A DNA stretch of 64,000 bases, taken from the NCBI GenBank assembly GCA_951406725.2, contig OX597815.1, positions 118,544,001 to 118,608,000 of the forward strand, written 5' to 3'. The DNA is from Octopus vulgaris. Lineage: Eukaryota. Within the stretch, counting starts at the first letter, position 1, and every line of letters begins with the position of its first letter. The translations under genes and the position numbers were made by a program. The notes beneath the pieces are model-generated. The model searched no databases and was not told the origin of the DNA. It was given only the letters and a program-made list of their open reading frames with translations. Positions 1 to 12,345 of this stretch are shown here, one piece after another.

Positions 1-2
1 AG

Positions 3-1220
3 CTCCTGCATCACTTTGAGGACATTTTGAGAGCTTTGGGAGAGGGCTCCAACACCGATGTCATCTACCTTGATTTCAGTAAGGCCTTCGACAGGGTCGA
101 TCACAAGATCCTATTGAAAAAACTATCCAACATTGGTGTCTCTGGAAAGTTACTGAAATGGATCAAGTGTTTCCTGACAGACAGATCTCAACATGTTGTA
201 GTTGAAGGGGTAAAATCAAGCCCAGCCAAAGTCAGTAGTGGCGTTCCGCAAGGCACTGTGCTGGGCCCACTTCTTTTCATCATTTACATTAATGACATTA
301 ATGACATCATCAAGCACAGCAACATAAAAATCTTTGCAGATGACTCCAAGCTACAGAGGGTCATAAATGAGGCGAGTGACCGGACATGCCTTCAGTCAGA
401 TCTACTGGCTGTTATCCAATGGGCAGAAAAAAACAATATGCTGCTGAACGAGGATAAATTTGAGCTAATCCACTTTGGAAAAGAGGATGCCCTGAAACTC
501 CCATACTCCCTTCCTTCAGGTGAAACTCTCGCGGCGTCCAACAACATCAGAGACTTGGGAGTAATTGTGGACAACAACATAAGCTGGGCCACTCATATAA
601 ACACCAAAGTTGACATGGCCCGCAGAATGTGTTCCTGGATTCTCAGAACTTTCCAGTCGAGAGATATCCACACCATTATCCTTCTCTTCTCCACTTTTGC
701 CCGACCCCACCTTGAATACTGTTGTCCACTGTGGTCTCCCCACACAATACAAGGTATCATAAAAGTTGAAGCACCTCAAAGGGCAATCACAAAAAAGATA
801 GATGGCATGACAGGCCTCGACTATTGGGGTCGACTAGAAAAGCTAAAACTCTATTCTCTCCAACGTCGTCGTGAGCGCTACATCATCTGCATGATGTGGA
901 AAATATTCCATCAGCATTGCCCAAATGATGTTGGCATCACCTTTAAGGTACATCCAAGGCTTGGGCCCCGTGCCATCCGCCCAAAACAAAAATCGCACTC
1001 TCATCTCATAACAACAATACGGCACAATTATTTCACCTCAATTGGCCCCGCTCTCTTTAACATTACACCAAAACACATTAAAACAGAAACTGACCCTATA
1101 GGGTTCAAGAAGTCTTTGGACAGATTCCTTCAAGAAATCCCGGATAAACCCCCTACACCCGGATATGTCTCTGTAAACAATAACTCTCTACTTGAGTGGG
1201 CCATAGTGCCCAAATTCTAA
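3..1220 (+). mobile_element. CR1-group (CR1/Crack/Daphne-like) LINE ORF2, RT domain and C-terminus; frame is open from the window edge
   Basis: Uninterrupted ORF with RT motifs DVIYLDFSKAFDRVDH, SGVPQGTVLGPLLFIIYIND and FADD, then IRDLGVIVD, ARPHLEYCCPLWSP and LYSLQRRRERY. Confidence 0.93.
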
Positions 1221-1303
1221 CTTGAAAGACTTCACCAGGTGGTGCTATTAAGTTAGACATGGCCTGGGCCAATAATGGCCGAAACCTATCAAAGTATCAA
1301 AGT
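1221..1303 (+). mobile_element. LINE 3' UTR with stem-loop and tandem octamer tail
   Basis: Hairpin ggcc-aataat-ggcc followed by (tatcaaag)2, then (TA)n. Short tandem 3' tails are typical of CR1-group LINEs. Confidence 0.7.
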
Positions 1304-1404
1304 ATATATGCATATATATATATATATATATGCATGTATATATATATATATATGCATGCATATATATATATATATATATATGCATATATATATATATATA
1401 TATC

Positions 1405-1803
<399 letters not shown>

Positions 1804-1831
1804 TATATATGCATATATACATACATTTATG

Positions 1832-1862
<31 letters not shown>

Positions 1863-1877
1863 GTGTGTGTGTGTTTG

Positions 1878-2189
1878 AAGGCACATGGCCAAGTGGTAAG
1901 AGCAGCGGACTCGCGGTCGAGGGATCGCGGGTTCGATTTTCAGACCGGGCGATGCGTGTGTTTATGAGCAAAACACCTAAGCTCCACGTGGCTGCGGCAG
2001 AAGGTAATGGCGAACTTCTGCTGACTCTTTCACCACAACTTTCTTTCACTCTTTCCTTCTGCATATAGCAGCTCACATGCGATGGACCGCCGTCCCATCC
2101 AGGTGGGGAACCTATACGCTAATGAAACCGAGAAACCGGCCCATTATGAGCCAGGTGTGGCTTGAGAAGGAACAAACAACAACAACAAT
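1878..2189 (+). mobile_element. tRNA-derived SINE (family C head) with (AAC)n tail
   Basis: A box tggccaagtgg, B box ggttcgattt, central tgcgatggaccgccgtcccatccagg (V-domain-like, from memory) and an aacaacaac tail. Confidence 0.8.
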
Positions 2190-2437
2190 ATGTATATGCA
2201 TGTATATACATATATATATATCGAACTCAAATTATTTTTTTTATTCTAACTTTATTTTCTTAATTTCTTATTTTCTTATTATCTTAATGGGTTTTTTTTT
2301 TGTTTGTTTTCTTTTCTTCTTTTTTTTTTTGTGCAAACCATGGGATTACACAGAATATGGGATTTGACTATACAAGTGTTAAGGAATATACATTTCCATA
2401 GGAATTTGAACTCTTTCCCTTTTCAAACTTTGCAGTC

Positions 2438-2598
2438 GCGTAGGAGTGGAGTGTGGTAAGTAGCTTGCTTACCAACCACATGGTTCTGGGTTCAGTCTCA
2501 CTGCGTGACACCTTGGGCAAGTGTCTTCTGCTATAGCCTCGGGCCGACCAAAGCCTTCTGAGTGAATTTGGTAAACGGAAACTGAAAGAAGCCCGTCG

Positions 2599-2646
<48 letters not shown>

Positions 2647-2870
2647 TGTGTCTGTGTTTGTCCCCCCCAACATCGCTTGACAACCGATGCTGGTATGTTC
2701 ACGTCCCCGTAACTTAGCGGTTCGGCAAACGAGACCGATAGAATAGGTACTAGGCTTACAAAGAATACGTCTAGGCTTACAAAGAATACGAATATTGCTC
2801 GAATAAAGGCGATGCTCAAGCATGGCCTCAATCAAATGACTGAAAGAAGCAAAAGAGTGTAAAAGAGAGA
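2438..2870 (+). mobile_element. Abundant octopus-type tRNA-derived SINE (family A, CORE-like) with internal (TA)n(TG)n
   Basis: Head tgtggtaagtagcttgcttacc...ggttcagtc, CORE-like ccttgggcaagt, internal microsatellite and a gtaaaagag-type tail; about 20 copies or fragments in the window. Confidence 0.85.
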
Positions 2871-3171
2871 GTAGTGATGACCACTCCATTTCTCCCTTTT
2901 CTTATCTTTCCCATCCTACTTCCTAAATTTGACATCTTGAAGGGTCATCTAGACCTTGTGAGAAAATGTGTTTATTTATATATACCTATGTTGATAGGTA
3001 TACAATGAGAAGGGAAATAGGAGAAAGAAAAAAAAGAAAAGAGAAATGCTTTGTAATAAAATTTCAATTGTTTGACTACATCAAAATGAAAAGAAACCTC
3101 CCCCTCTCTCGATCTATCAATCCTTTCCCCACCCTTTCCTTTCTTCCTCCTTTTTCTTGATAGTCCTGAAG

Positions 3172-3208
<37 letters not shown>

Positions 3209-3440
3209 ATTTCCCCCCTCTTTGCTTTTCTTTCTTTCTTTCTTCCCCGCTTTTTCTAAAACACAAAAAATAATATTTTTCCTCCTATACTAAACAAAGT
3301 AAAAAAACTTTCGATTCATATAAACGAACAAGCAAACTTTCCGTTTCTATCATTTTGATTTTGTCGTCACGAGTTCGATAAACGAAAGAAAGCGCTAGTA
3401 AAGAATTATCCAATATTCTGACTGCCTCCTTTTTATCAAT

Positions 3441-3529
<89 letters not shown>

Positions 3530-3568
3530 CATACATACATACATACATACATACATACATACATACAT

Positions 3569-3770
3569 AGGCTTAGGAGTGGCTATGTGGTAAGTAGCTT
3601 GCTTACCAACCACATGGTTCCGGGTTTATTGCCACTGCGTTGTACCTTCGGCAAGTATCTTCTACTATAGTCTCCGGCCGAGCAAATTCTGGGGTCGATT
3701 TGTTCAACTAAAGTCCTTCGAGGTGGTGCTCCAGCATGGCCACAGTCAAATGACTGAGACAAATAAAATG
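3569..3770 (+). mobile_element. SINE family A, internally deleted
   Basis: Head joined directly to the 3' segment ggggtcgatttgttcaacta...ccagcatggccacagtcaaatgactga. Confidence 0.8.
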
Positions 3771-4291
3771 AACGCACACATACTTCCCATACACACAAAA
3801 CACTCATACATACACGCACACAATTACACATACATGGACATATACACACGCACATACACACACAAGCACGCACACACACACACACACACACACACATAGA
3901 AGAACGCACACAAGTACATACACAGGCACACACATACTTCAAACTGCTAGTGCAGCACCTTTCTACTGACCATTCACCTACGCACATGTGAAAAAACGCG
4001 CTACACAAACGACAGCCACTCCTACAACTAAATTCTTCCTACAACACCAAGAGACACAAAGTTCACTCACACATGCACATATAAACAACCAAAACCACAT
4101 ACACACACACACACAACACATAAACACATACGCAAACACACAGACCTGCGCGCACGTACATACACACACATACCTCCTATTAGAAAGAACTTTTTCTTCC
4201 CCATTCCCTTCCGGTCATTTCAAAATCTAACCACATTGTGAATCGTTGGCAATTTTCTTCCTCCGTGTTCCCTTCTGTTGGACTTTCCTCT

Positions 4292-4327
4292 GTTTCCGGA
4301 GAAGAGCGTCTGCTCGAAACGTTAAAC
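4292..4327 (+). ncRNA. Minimal type-I hammerhead ribozyme motif (Penelope pLTR type), variant core
   Basis: gttt CCGGAGA a gagc-gtct-gctc GAAA cg TT aaac: stem I gttt/aaac, stem II 4 bp, palindromic ACGT stem III. Confidence 0.65.
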
Positions 4328-4427
4328 CATCTTTCTTTCCTTTCCTGGGTGTCTGCTAATACATTACATATACCGCGTCCCTACGCTGTTTTTTTTGTGG
4401 ATCCTAGGGCTATATATATATACATAC

Positions 4428-4487
<60 letters not shown>

Positions 4488-4524
4488 TGTTTCTCTCCTT
4501 GTTTTTGTTTTTTTTTCTGTGCCC

Positions 4525-4560
4525 CTTTCTGTAGAAGAGCGTAGGCTTGAAACGTAAAAG
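4525..4560 (+). ncRNA. Minimal type-I hammerhead motif, A6U variant
   Basis: cttt CTGTAGA a gagc-gtag-gctt GAAA cg TA aaag: stem I cttt/aaag. Confidence 0.65.
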
Positions 4561-4644
4561 ACTTTTTTCAATTCCTGAGCGTTATACTAATACATCTGTT
4601 TGTTTTATACACTACCTTCGTCTTTTGTCTTTTTCACGAACTCT

Positions 4645-4740
<96 letters not shown>

Positions 4741-4743
<3 letters not shown>

Positions 4744-4769
4744 CGCAGCAGTGGCTGTGTGGTAAATAG

Positions 4770-4813
<44 letters not shown>

Positions 4814-5022
4814 TTGTATGCGTGTATATAAATGTTTGTGTGTCTGTGTTTGCTTGACAACCGATGCTGGTGTGTTTATGTCCCCGTAACTTAGCGGTTC
4901 GGTAAAAAAAACTGATAGAATAAGTACTAGGCTTACAAAGAGTAAACCCTGGGGTCGATTTGCTCGACTAGAGGCGGTGGTCCAGCATGGCCACAGTCAA
5001 AATGACTGAAACAAATAAAAGA
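4741..5022 (+). mobile_element. SINE family A, internally deleted
   Basis: Head aggcgcagcagtggctgtgtggtaa, then (TA)n, then the 3' half. Confidence 0.8.
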
Positions 5023-5049
5023 ATATATATGTGTGTGTGTGTGTGTGTG

Positions 5050-5377
5050 TTTAGTCGAACAAATCGACCCCACGACTTATCTTTTAAGCCTAGTACTTAT
5101 TCTATCGACACTTTTGCTGAACTGCTAGATACAGGGATGTAAACACACCAACATCGGTTATCAATTGGGAAGGGGGGTACAAAGGCATACACAAATGCAC
5201 AAATATATACGCATGTATATACATATACGATGGACTTCTTTTAATTTCCGCCTACCAAATCACAAGGCTTTGGTCGGCCAGAGACTATAGTCGAAGAGAC
5301 TTGCCCAAGGTGCCACGCAGCGGTACTGAATCTAGAACTATGTGGTTGGGAAGCATGCATTTTACTACACAGCCACG

Positions 5378-5378
<1 letters not shown>
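5050..5378 (-). mobile_element. SINE family A
   Basis: Reverse complement of the family A consensus. Confidence 0.8.
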
Positions 5379-5438
<60 letters not shown>

Positions 5439-5592
5439 CTTTATTTAAAGCAGCAGAAAATTCAACAAAACCTGTTACTATGAATTTCATGTTCCCGTTC
5501 GTCGGACAGTTTTTGCAAAAACTGTCCGACGAACGGGAACGTGAAACTCAGAGTAACAGGCTTTGTTGAATTTTCTGCTGCTTTAAATAAAG
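5439..5592. repeat. Spacerless palindrome (77-bp arms, 4 mismatches) with a hammerhead motif on each strand
   Basis: Centre tttttg|caaaaa at 5515/5516; arms compared base by base. Confidence 0.95.
5522..5559 (+). ncRNA. Minimal type-I hammerhead ribozyme motif, U4C variant
   Basis: ctgt CCGACGA acg-ggaa-cgt GAAA ctc-a-gag TA acag: all three stems pair, GNRA loop II, GUA cleavage triplet. Confidence 0.8.
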
Positions 5593-5685
5593 CATATTAC
5601 TCTACCACTGGTATTTGAGTACTCTTTTTTTCCACCTTGTTTCACATTTATGTGTTTACTCCGGTATATATATATAGATAGATAG

Positions 5686-5877
<192 letters not shown>

Positions 5878-6057
5878 GACGCTCGATTTATTCGTGATCA
5901 GAGGCGTTCATAAACCGAGGTACTACTGTTTTAAATGAATATGAAAAAGACAGTACGATTTATTTGTGATCAGAATTATTCGAAAACCGAAGCTCTACAG
6001 AATTCATTTTAGACAAACATAAATCCGAAGAAGAAACACACTCTAAGTAGACCAGTT

Positions 6058-6282
6058 TATATTTTTTCTTGGTGAAGGCCAGTTTATGGGTTTACCCTGG
6101 GTTTCCCGTCCATTAATGGTTTAACTTTATGGCGTATCTTCAGACCCCAAGATGTGTTGGCCTATGACCTCTTTAAAATAAGTCATAAGCCAACAGGTCT
6201 CCGGGTCTGACTTCACGCCATAAAGTTAAACCGTTTATGGACGGGAAACCGAGGGTAACCCCATAAACTGGCCTTCAACAGG

Positions 6283-6290
<8 letters not shown>
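6058..6290. repeat. Imperfect fold-back (about 110-bp arms) with a hammerhead motif in each arm
   Basis: ...gaaggccagtttatggg...ggcctatgac / gtcataagcc...cccataaactggccttc... Confidence 0.9.
6088..6148 (-). ncRNA. Type-I hammerhead motif with canonical core
   Basis: Minus strand: ggggt CTGAAGA t [imperfect stem II] GAAA ccc-a-ggg TA aaccc. The mirror copy at 6202-6262(+) has a decayed core but ends acccc. Confidence 0.7.
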
Positions 6291-6317
<27 letters not shown>

Positions 6318-6319
6318 TA

Positions 6320-6626
6320 TTAGCTTATAGCCGCGCGATAGGGCGGCTTTTAAGCTAGTATGTAGCACTTGCTTCCTCCAGAGTCATATTCCAATGATCA
6401 TCATATTCGTCACTAAAAATCATGTAAAAGAAAATCGCCGAAAACAATCGCAGTAATGGAAACATAGGAATCCAAAACTTCAGGATTGCAGGTCCGGATT
6501 CGACGCGGAATGTTTTTAATTTACTCACGGAGTCAGCCTGATTCCAAAATGGTATATGTTGGGCTACGGCATCTGGGAGTAAAGTTGAAAAAGTGTGACG
6601 CAGACATTCACATTTATTATATTAGA
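6320..6626 (-). mobile_element. Non-autonomous Helitron-like element
   Basis: Minus strand begins A|TC (atctaatataataaa) and ends with a GC-rich hairpin gccgc..gcggc then CTAA|T; no TSD. Confidence 0.5.
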
Positions 6627-6668
6627 TATGTTTAATTTTGGGGAAAATATATCAATTAAAGTGTATTT

Positions 6669-6718
<50 letters not shown>

Positions 6719-6918
6719 TGTGTGTACACACACACTCATACATATGTATGTATTCAAGAAAGTAAAACATAAAACAAAAATGACAGTGTTCAGTAGATGG
6801 TTCTGATGTATGTTTGTGTGCCAACATCGCTTGACAACCGATGCTGGTGTGTTTATGTCCCGGTAACAGGAATTTCTGTTCAGGAAAGTTGTACATTATC
6901 TCCCTCTTTCTCTCACAT

Positions 6919-6958
<40 letters not shown>

Positions 6959-7879
6959 TTATTATTATTACTCCCACTGCCACCACCAGCACTACTACTT
7001 TTAATAACACATCATCAACTCTCTCTAAATTTCGTTCTCTCTTTCTCACCCTCTCTTTTTCTTTCTCTGTGTGTCTCTCTCTCTCTCTCTCTGTGTCTCT
7101 CTCTCTCTCTCAGTCTTCGCCACCTCCCCCGCCGTTTCTCTGCCTTACTACTACTCTCACCCCAGCACTAGGAAGTTTTCGTTGAATAATGAGGGAGGCT
7201 AGAGTCAAAGTGTGACACACTGACACACAGAAATTAGATTTCGTATTTATTATATTAGAAGAGACAGGATCTTATTAAAGTTCTTCCCTGTTTTGGTTGC
7301 TGACAACGAAAATTACATTCGCTTTCTTTTCTCAACCCCACCCAAAGAAACAAATTATTAAAAAATTTCAAATATCTAAAAATTATGTAATTTTAGCCAA
7401 CCGATGTCTCCACTGCCGGAAGTCGTAACTGTTTGTCCGCCTCACGAAACCCCTATGTGGTCTCTCGACCTGTTAGAAATAGTAGCCAAATCTTCTTCAA
7501 ACTACACCATAACGTCTAAAATACAAAGTGGGCGACACATTGTGTCACTGCACCGTTTATTTCCTCGTCTGAGGCAGACTTAAGTAGTTTCTACTTGTTG
7601 GGTGTTAATAACATGTAGATTAAAGTCGATCTCCGTGGATATAATCACGACTCATAAAACACTTACCGCATCCCTCCCACATCGATATTAAATATACTTT
7701 CTCCTTTCTTATGATAAAATTACTTTACAATGTTTGGTGGTGAAGAAAGAATATCATCAATACCACCACCATCATCATTAGCAACGTCATCAACACTATA
7801 CTCCATGCAGTAACAACGCCGGTAACCAGTTCTTTTTCCTCCATTGCCGCCACTTTTTTTTTTTTCTTTTAAGCATTCT

Positions 7880-8800
7880 TTTATTATTTTACTTGTTGCA
7901 GTCATTGGACTGCGGTCACGTTGGGGCACCGCCTTGGATATTTAGTCGAATGAATCGACCATAGTACTTCTTTTTTAAACCTGGTACTTCTTCTATAGGT
8001 CTCTTTAGCCGAACCGCTAGGCTACGGGGACGCAAATACACCAAAACCAGTTCTCAAGCGGTGGTGGTCGTGGTGGGGACAAACACAGACGCGCGCGCAC
8101 GCATGCACACACACACAACTGCGGTTTGATATCAAAAGGGAGATTCTTTTACCCTCTTACTCTTTTACTTGTTTCAGTCATTTAACTGCGGCCATGCTGG
8201 AGCACCGCCGTTAGTCGAGCAAATTGACGCCGGGACTTATTCTTTGTAAGCATAGTACTTACTCTATCGGTCTTTTTTGCCGAACCGTTCATTGACGGAG
8301 ACATAAACACACCAGCTTCGGTTGTCAAGCAATGCTAGGGTGACAAACATAGACACAAACATACACACACACATATATACGATGGGCTTCTTTCAGTTTC
8401 CGTCTACCAAATCCACTCACAAGGATTTAGTCGGCCCGAGGCTTAAGTAGAAGACACTTGCCCAAGGTGCCACGCAGTGGGACTGAACCCGGAGACATGT
8501 AGTTGGTAAGCAAGTTACTTACCACACAGCCACTCCTCCGCCTATGATTCTGAAACTTCTGCCTTAACCCGGCCCTTCGTATCACATGTTTTACACGGCA
8601 CATATTTCCCTGACATAAATGCATCGTATATGATAGACATACGACGGGCTTCTTTCAGTTTCCATCTACCAAATCCAGTCACAAGAGTTTAGTCGGTCCG
8701 AGGTTATAGAAGAAGACACTTGCCCAAGGTGCTACGCAGTAGGACTGAACGCGGAACCATGTGGTTGGGAAGCAAGCTTCTTACCACACAGCCACCCCCG
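7880..8800 (-). mobile_element. SINE family A split at its microsatellite by nested insertions
   Basis: 3' half at about 7880-8120 and 5' half at about 8638-8800. Confidence 0.7.
8155..8544 (-). mobile_element. SINE family A, full length, nested
   Basis: Complete from the tail ttactcttttac to the head cacagccactcctccgcct; flanked by gattct...gattct. Confidence 0.85.
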
Positions 8801-9232
8801 TTTACAATTTTATCATAAGTGAACATGAAAATACTTTTAATATCAATCTGAAGAGCCTACAAAATGTTTTCAGGGCCATGAGTTCGATAACAAAATTACA
8901 TCTGAGGAGATTCGATTTTAACTTAAATGTTATTAGTAACACTCAACAAGCGAGGAAATAAACTGCGCTGTGGCTGGCAAAATGCTTCATCGTTTTGTTT
9001 TGGTTTTTTTTTTCTCTCTTTAGACGTTATGGTGTGGTTAAAGAAAGATTTGACTGCTATTTCTAGCAAGGCGAGGGACTATCTAAAAGTTTCATGTATG
9101 CTGTTCCCATGAGGATGAACAGTTACGACGTCCGGTATATCCGACAATGACAGCTTGCGATTGGCTAAGATTATGCATAATTTTAAATGCATGTAACTTT
9201 TTTTCTTATTATTATTAATTTCTTAGGAAAAA

Positions 9233-9445
9233 AGGCAGTGTGCTGGCAGAATCGTTTGCACACCGGGACAAAATGCTTAACGGCATTTCGTCCGTATTTA
9301 CGTTCAGAGTTGAAATTCCGCCGAGGTCGACTTTGCCTTTCATCCTTTCGGGGGATACTAAATAAATACCAGCTGAGTACTGGAGTCGGTGTGATCGACT
9401 ATCCCCCTCCTCACAAATTTCAGGCTTTGTGTCTATTGGAGAAAA
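9233..9445 (+). mobile_element. tRNA-derived SINE family B
   Basis: gctggcagaatcgtt...gaggtcgactttgcctttcatcctttcgggg; the central domain resembles Deu/Nin-type SINE domains (from memory). Confidence 0.8.
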
Positions 9446-9455
9446 GACAATTAAT

Positions 9456-9661
9456 TTACTCTTTTACTTGTTTTCAGTCATGTGACTGTGGCCATGCTGG
9501 AGCACCGCATTTAGTCGAGCAAATCGACCCCAGGACTTATTCTTTGTAAGCCTAGTACTTATTCTATCGGTCTCTTTTGCCGAACCGCTTAGTTACGAGG
9601 ACGTAAGCACACCAGCATCGGTTGTCAAGCGATGTTGATGGGGGGGACAAACACAGACACA

Positions 9662-9744
<83 letters not shown>

Positions 9745-9907
9745 GACGGGCTTCTTTCAGTTTCCGTCTGCCAAATCCACTCACAATGATTTGGTCGGCT
9801 CGAGGCTATAGCAGAAGACATTTGCCTAAGGTGCCACGCAGTGGGACTGAACTGGAATCATGTGGTTCGTAAGCAAGCTACTTTACCACACAGCCACCCC
9901 TACGCCT
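9456..9907 (-). mobile_element. SINE family A, full length
   Basis: Reverse complement of the consensus with internal (CA)n(TA)n. Confidence 0.85.
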
Positions 9908-11144
9908 AGAAAAAATTAATTTGATTTTTGCTATCAGCAAGCAAAAAACTACAAGTGGCTGGAAGAAATTTAACTAGATCCCAGACATGAATGCCAAAAT
10001 GAGAACCCCCTATGTGGTCATTCACCTGCTAAAAACTGCAGCTAGATTTCACTCAAATTACACCTTACCGGTTTAAAAATGGGAAGGATACCCTGGATAA
10101 TGTAGTCGTAGTTAAGTAATGCGGGCAAAAATATGGGATAGTCGTGGTTGACATGACTTTTGATGATAGGCATGTTTGTTCGAGGTTGCTCAAGGCTAAA
10201 CCAGCACAAAACAACAACAAAATCAGATGCTTTAAACCATTCACGCCCACTTAACACTCCATTCCTCCACACACACACACACACACGTATGAACGCATGT
10301 ATGAGATAGAGTAGGGAGAGAGGAGAACTAGAAAGACACTCATATACACAAACACACAAAGGCAGAAGGTGTGTGTGTTGCAGGGAGAGCGAGTATGTAT
10401 ATGGCAAAGAGAGAGAAAGAGAGAGAGACAGACAGACAGACAGAGACAGAGACAGACAGACAGAGACAAAGAGAGAAAGACAGACAAAGAAAGAGAGAGA
10501 GAAAAATAGAGTGTGTGCGTGCGTATTTCAGCTAGAAAGACAGTGTGTGAGTGTGTATGAGAGTGTGTTTGTATATATGTGTGTGCGTGTGTGTATGTGT
10601 GTGACAGAGAGAGTGTGTGTGTATGTATGTGTATGTGTGAGTATGTTTCTGAGAGAAAGAGAGAGAGAGAGAGAGAGTGTGAGAGAGAGAAGGAGAGAAA
10701 GAGACTCGTATACATACACGCTCAGGCAGACATACACACACAAACAAACACACATACACACACATATTTAAACCGTCTGGGTAGTAGTTTTTTTTTTTTG
10801 GTTTGTTAGCCTGAGCTGTCAAGTAATGGAGAGAGAAAAAACAACTGAGACAGATACCGAGGTTGACAGCAAGAATCAGGCTTGGCTGAATTGCTAAATA
10901 ACTACACAACCTATTGAATAAGGACTTGGAGATTTATTTATTTTCTGAAATAAAAAAAAAACTAGAGAAACTACATACACACGGGAGAGGGGCTGTTGTT
11001 TACTTCGTATAGGATGGATAAAGTTTCTTTCACTATACTTTCAAACTAACATTATGCCTCCTTCCAGTCAATGCATGTTATTGCCATAGTTTTCAGAAAA
11101 AATGTCAACCATTTTACTACCAACATTTCTTTTGTGAAATCCAA

Positions 11145-11543
11145 AGCAGAGAGCTGGCAGAGACGTTAGCACGCCGGGCGAACTGCTTAGTGGGTATTTC
11201 GTCTGCCGCTGCGTTCTGAGTTCAAATTCCGCCGAGGTCGACTTTGCCTTTCATCCTTTCGGGGTCGATTAAATAAGTACCAGTTACGCAATGGGGTCAA
11301 TATACTCGACTTAATCCGTTTGTCTGTCCTTGTTTGTCTCCTCTCTATGTTTAGCCCCTTGTGGGTAGTAAAGAAATAGGTATTTCACCCGCCGCTACGT
11401 TCTGAGTTCAAATTCCACCGAAGTCGACTCTGTCTTTCATCCTTTCGATGTCGATGAATTATGTAGTAGTGATACAATGGAGTCGATATAATCGACTAGT
11501 CCCCTTTCTATAAATTTCAGGCCTTGTGCCTTTAGCAGAAAGG
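11145..11543 (+). mobile_element. SINE family B, internally dimeric
   Basis: Two ttctgagttcaaattcc...gtcgact...ttcatcctttcg units. Confidence 0.8.
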
Positions 11544-11634
11544 ATTATACTTCCTTCCACGCAGTGCATGCTATTCTCATAATTTTCAGGAAAATGTTAA
11601 CCATTTTACTAGCAACATTTCTTTGTGAAATCTT

Positions 11635-12010
11635 AGGCGGTGAGCTGGCAGAATCGTTAGCACGTCGGGCGAAATGCTTAGCGGTATTTCGGCTGCCGTT
11701 ACGTTGTGAGTTCAAATTCCGCCGAGGTCGACTTTGCTTTTCATCCTTTCGGGGTCGATAAATTAAGTACCAATTACGCACTGGGGTCGATGTAATCGAC
11801 TTAATACCTATGTCTGTCCTTGTTTGTCCCCTCTGTGTGTAGCCCCTTGTGGGTAGTAAAAAAATAGGTATTTCGTCCGTCTTTACGTTCTGAGTTCAAA
11901 TTCTGCCCTTCCCTTCCTCTCCGGGTCAATAAAATAAGTACCAGGTGAGCCCTGGAGTCGATGTAATCGACTTACCCACGAAACTGTTGACTTCGTGCAA
12001 AAATTTGAAC
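11635..12010 (+). mobile_element. SINE family B, internally dimeric
   Basis: ggcggtgagctggcagaatcgttagcacg head and the same body as the previous copy. Confidence 0.8.
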
Positions 12011-12345
12011 CAATTTTGAAATGCATTCCGATTAATGTTATTTGTAATGAAGAAGTTAGCTCAATATTTTGTCGTTAAGTTAGCATGAAATTTCGGTAGG
12101 TTTTAATAAAGGTTGATTTAAATCAGGAAATTTTGTATCATAGAGGCAAGGACAGTTTAAGGCAGATTGATATCAAAAGGGAGACTCTGAAACTTTTGCC
12201 TTAACCCTGCCTTTCGTATCACATGTTATACACGGCACATATTTCCCTGACATGCATGCATCATATATGATAAACATTCTCAATTTTTTTTTCCGCAGTT
12301 GAGTAACTTGGTATTTATGAAAGGAAAGCTTTATATTACTTAGAA

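Noticed and set aside
1260-1295. ctg-ggcc-aataat-ggcc-GAAA-ccta-TC resembling a hammerhead
   Set aside because: It lacks CUGANGA and stem I; better explained as the LINE 3' stem-loop.
1878-1950. tRNA-like sequences here and at 25165, 52250 and 58560
   Set aside because: They continue into repeat bodies and lack a proper cloverleaf, so they are SINE heads rather than tRNA genes.
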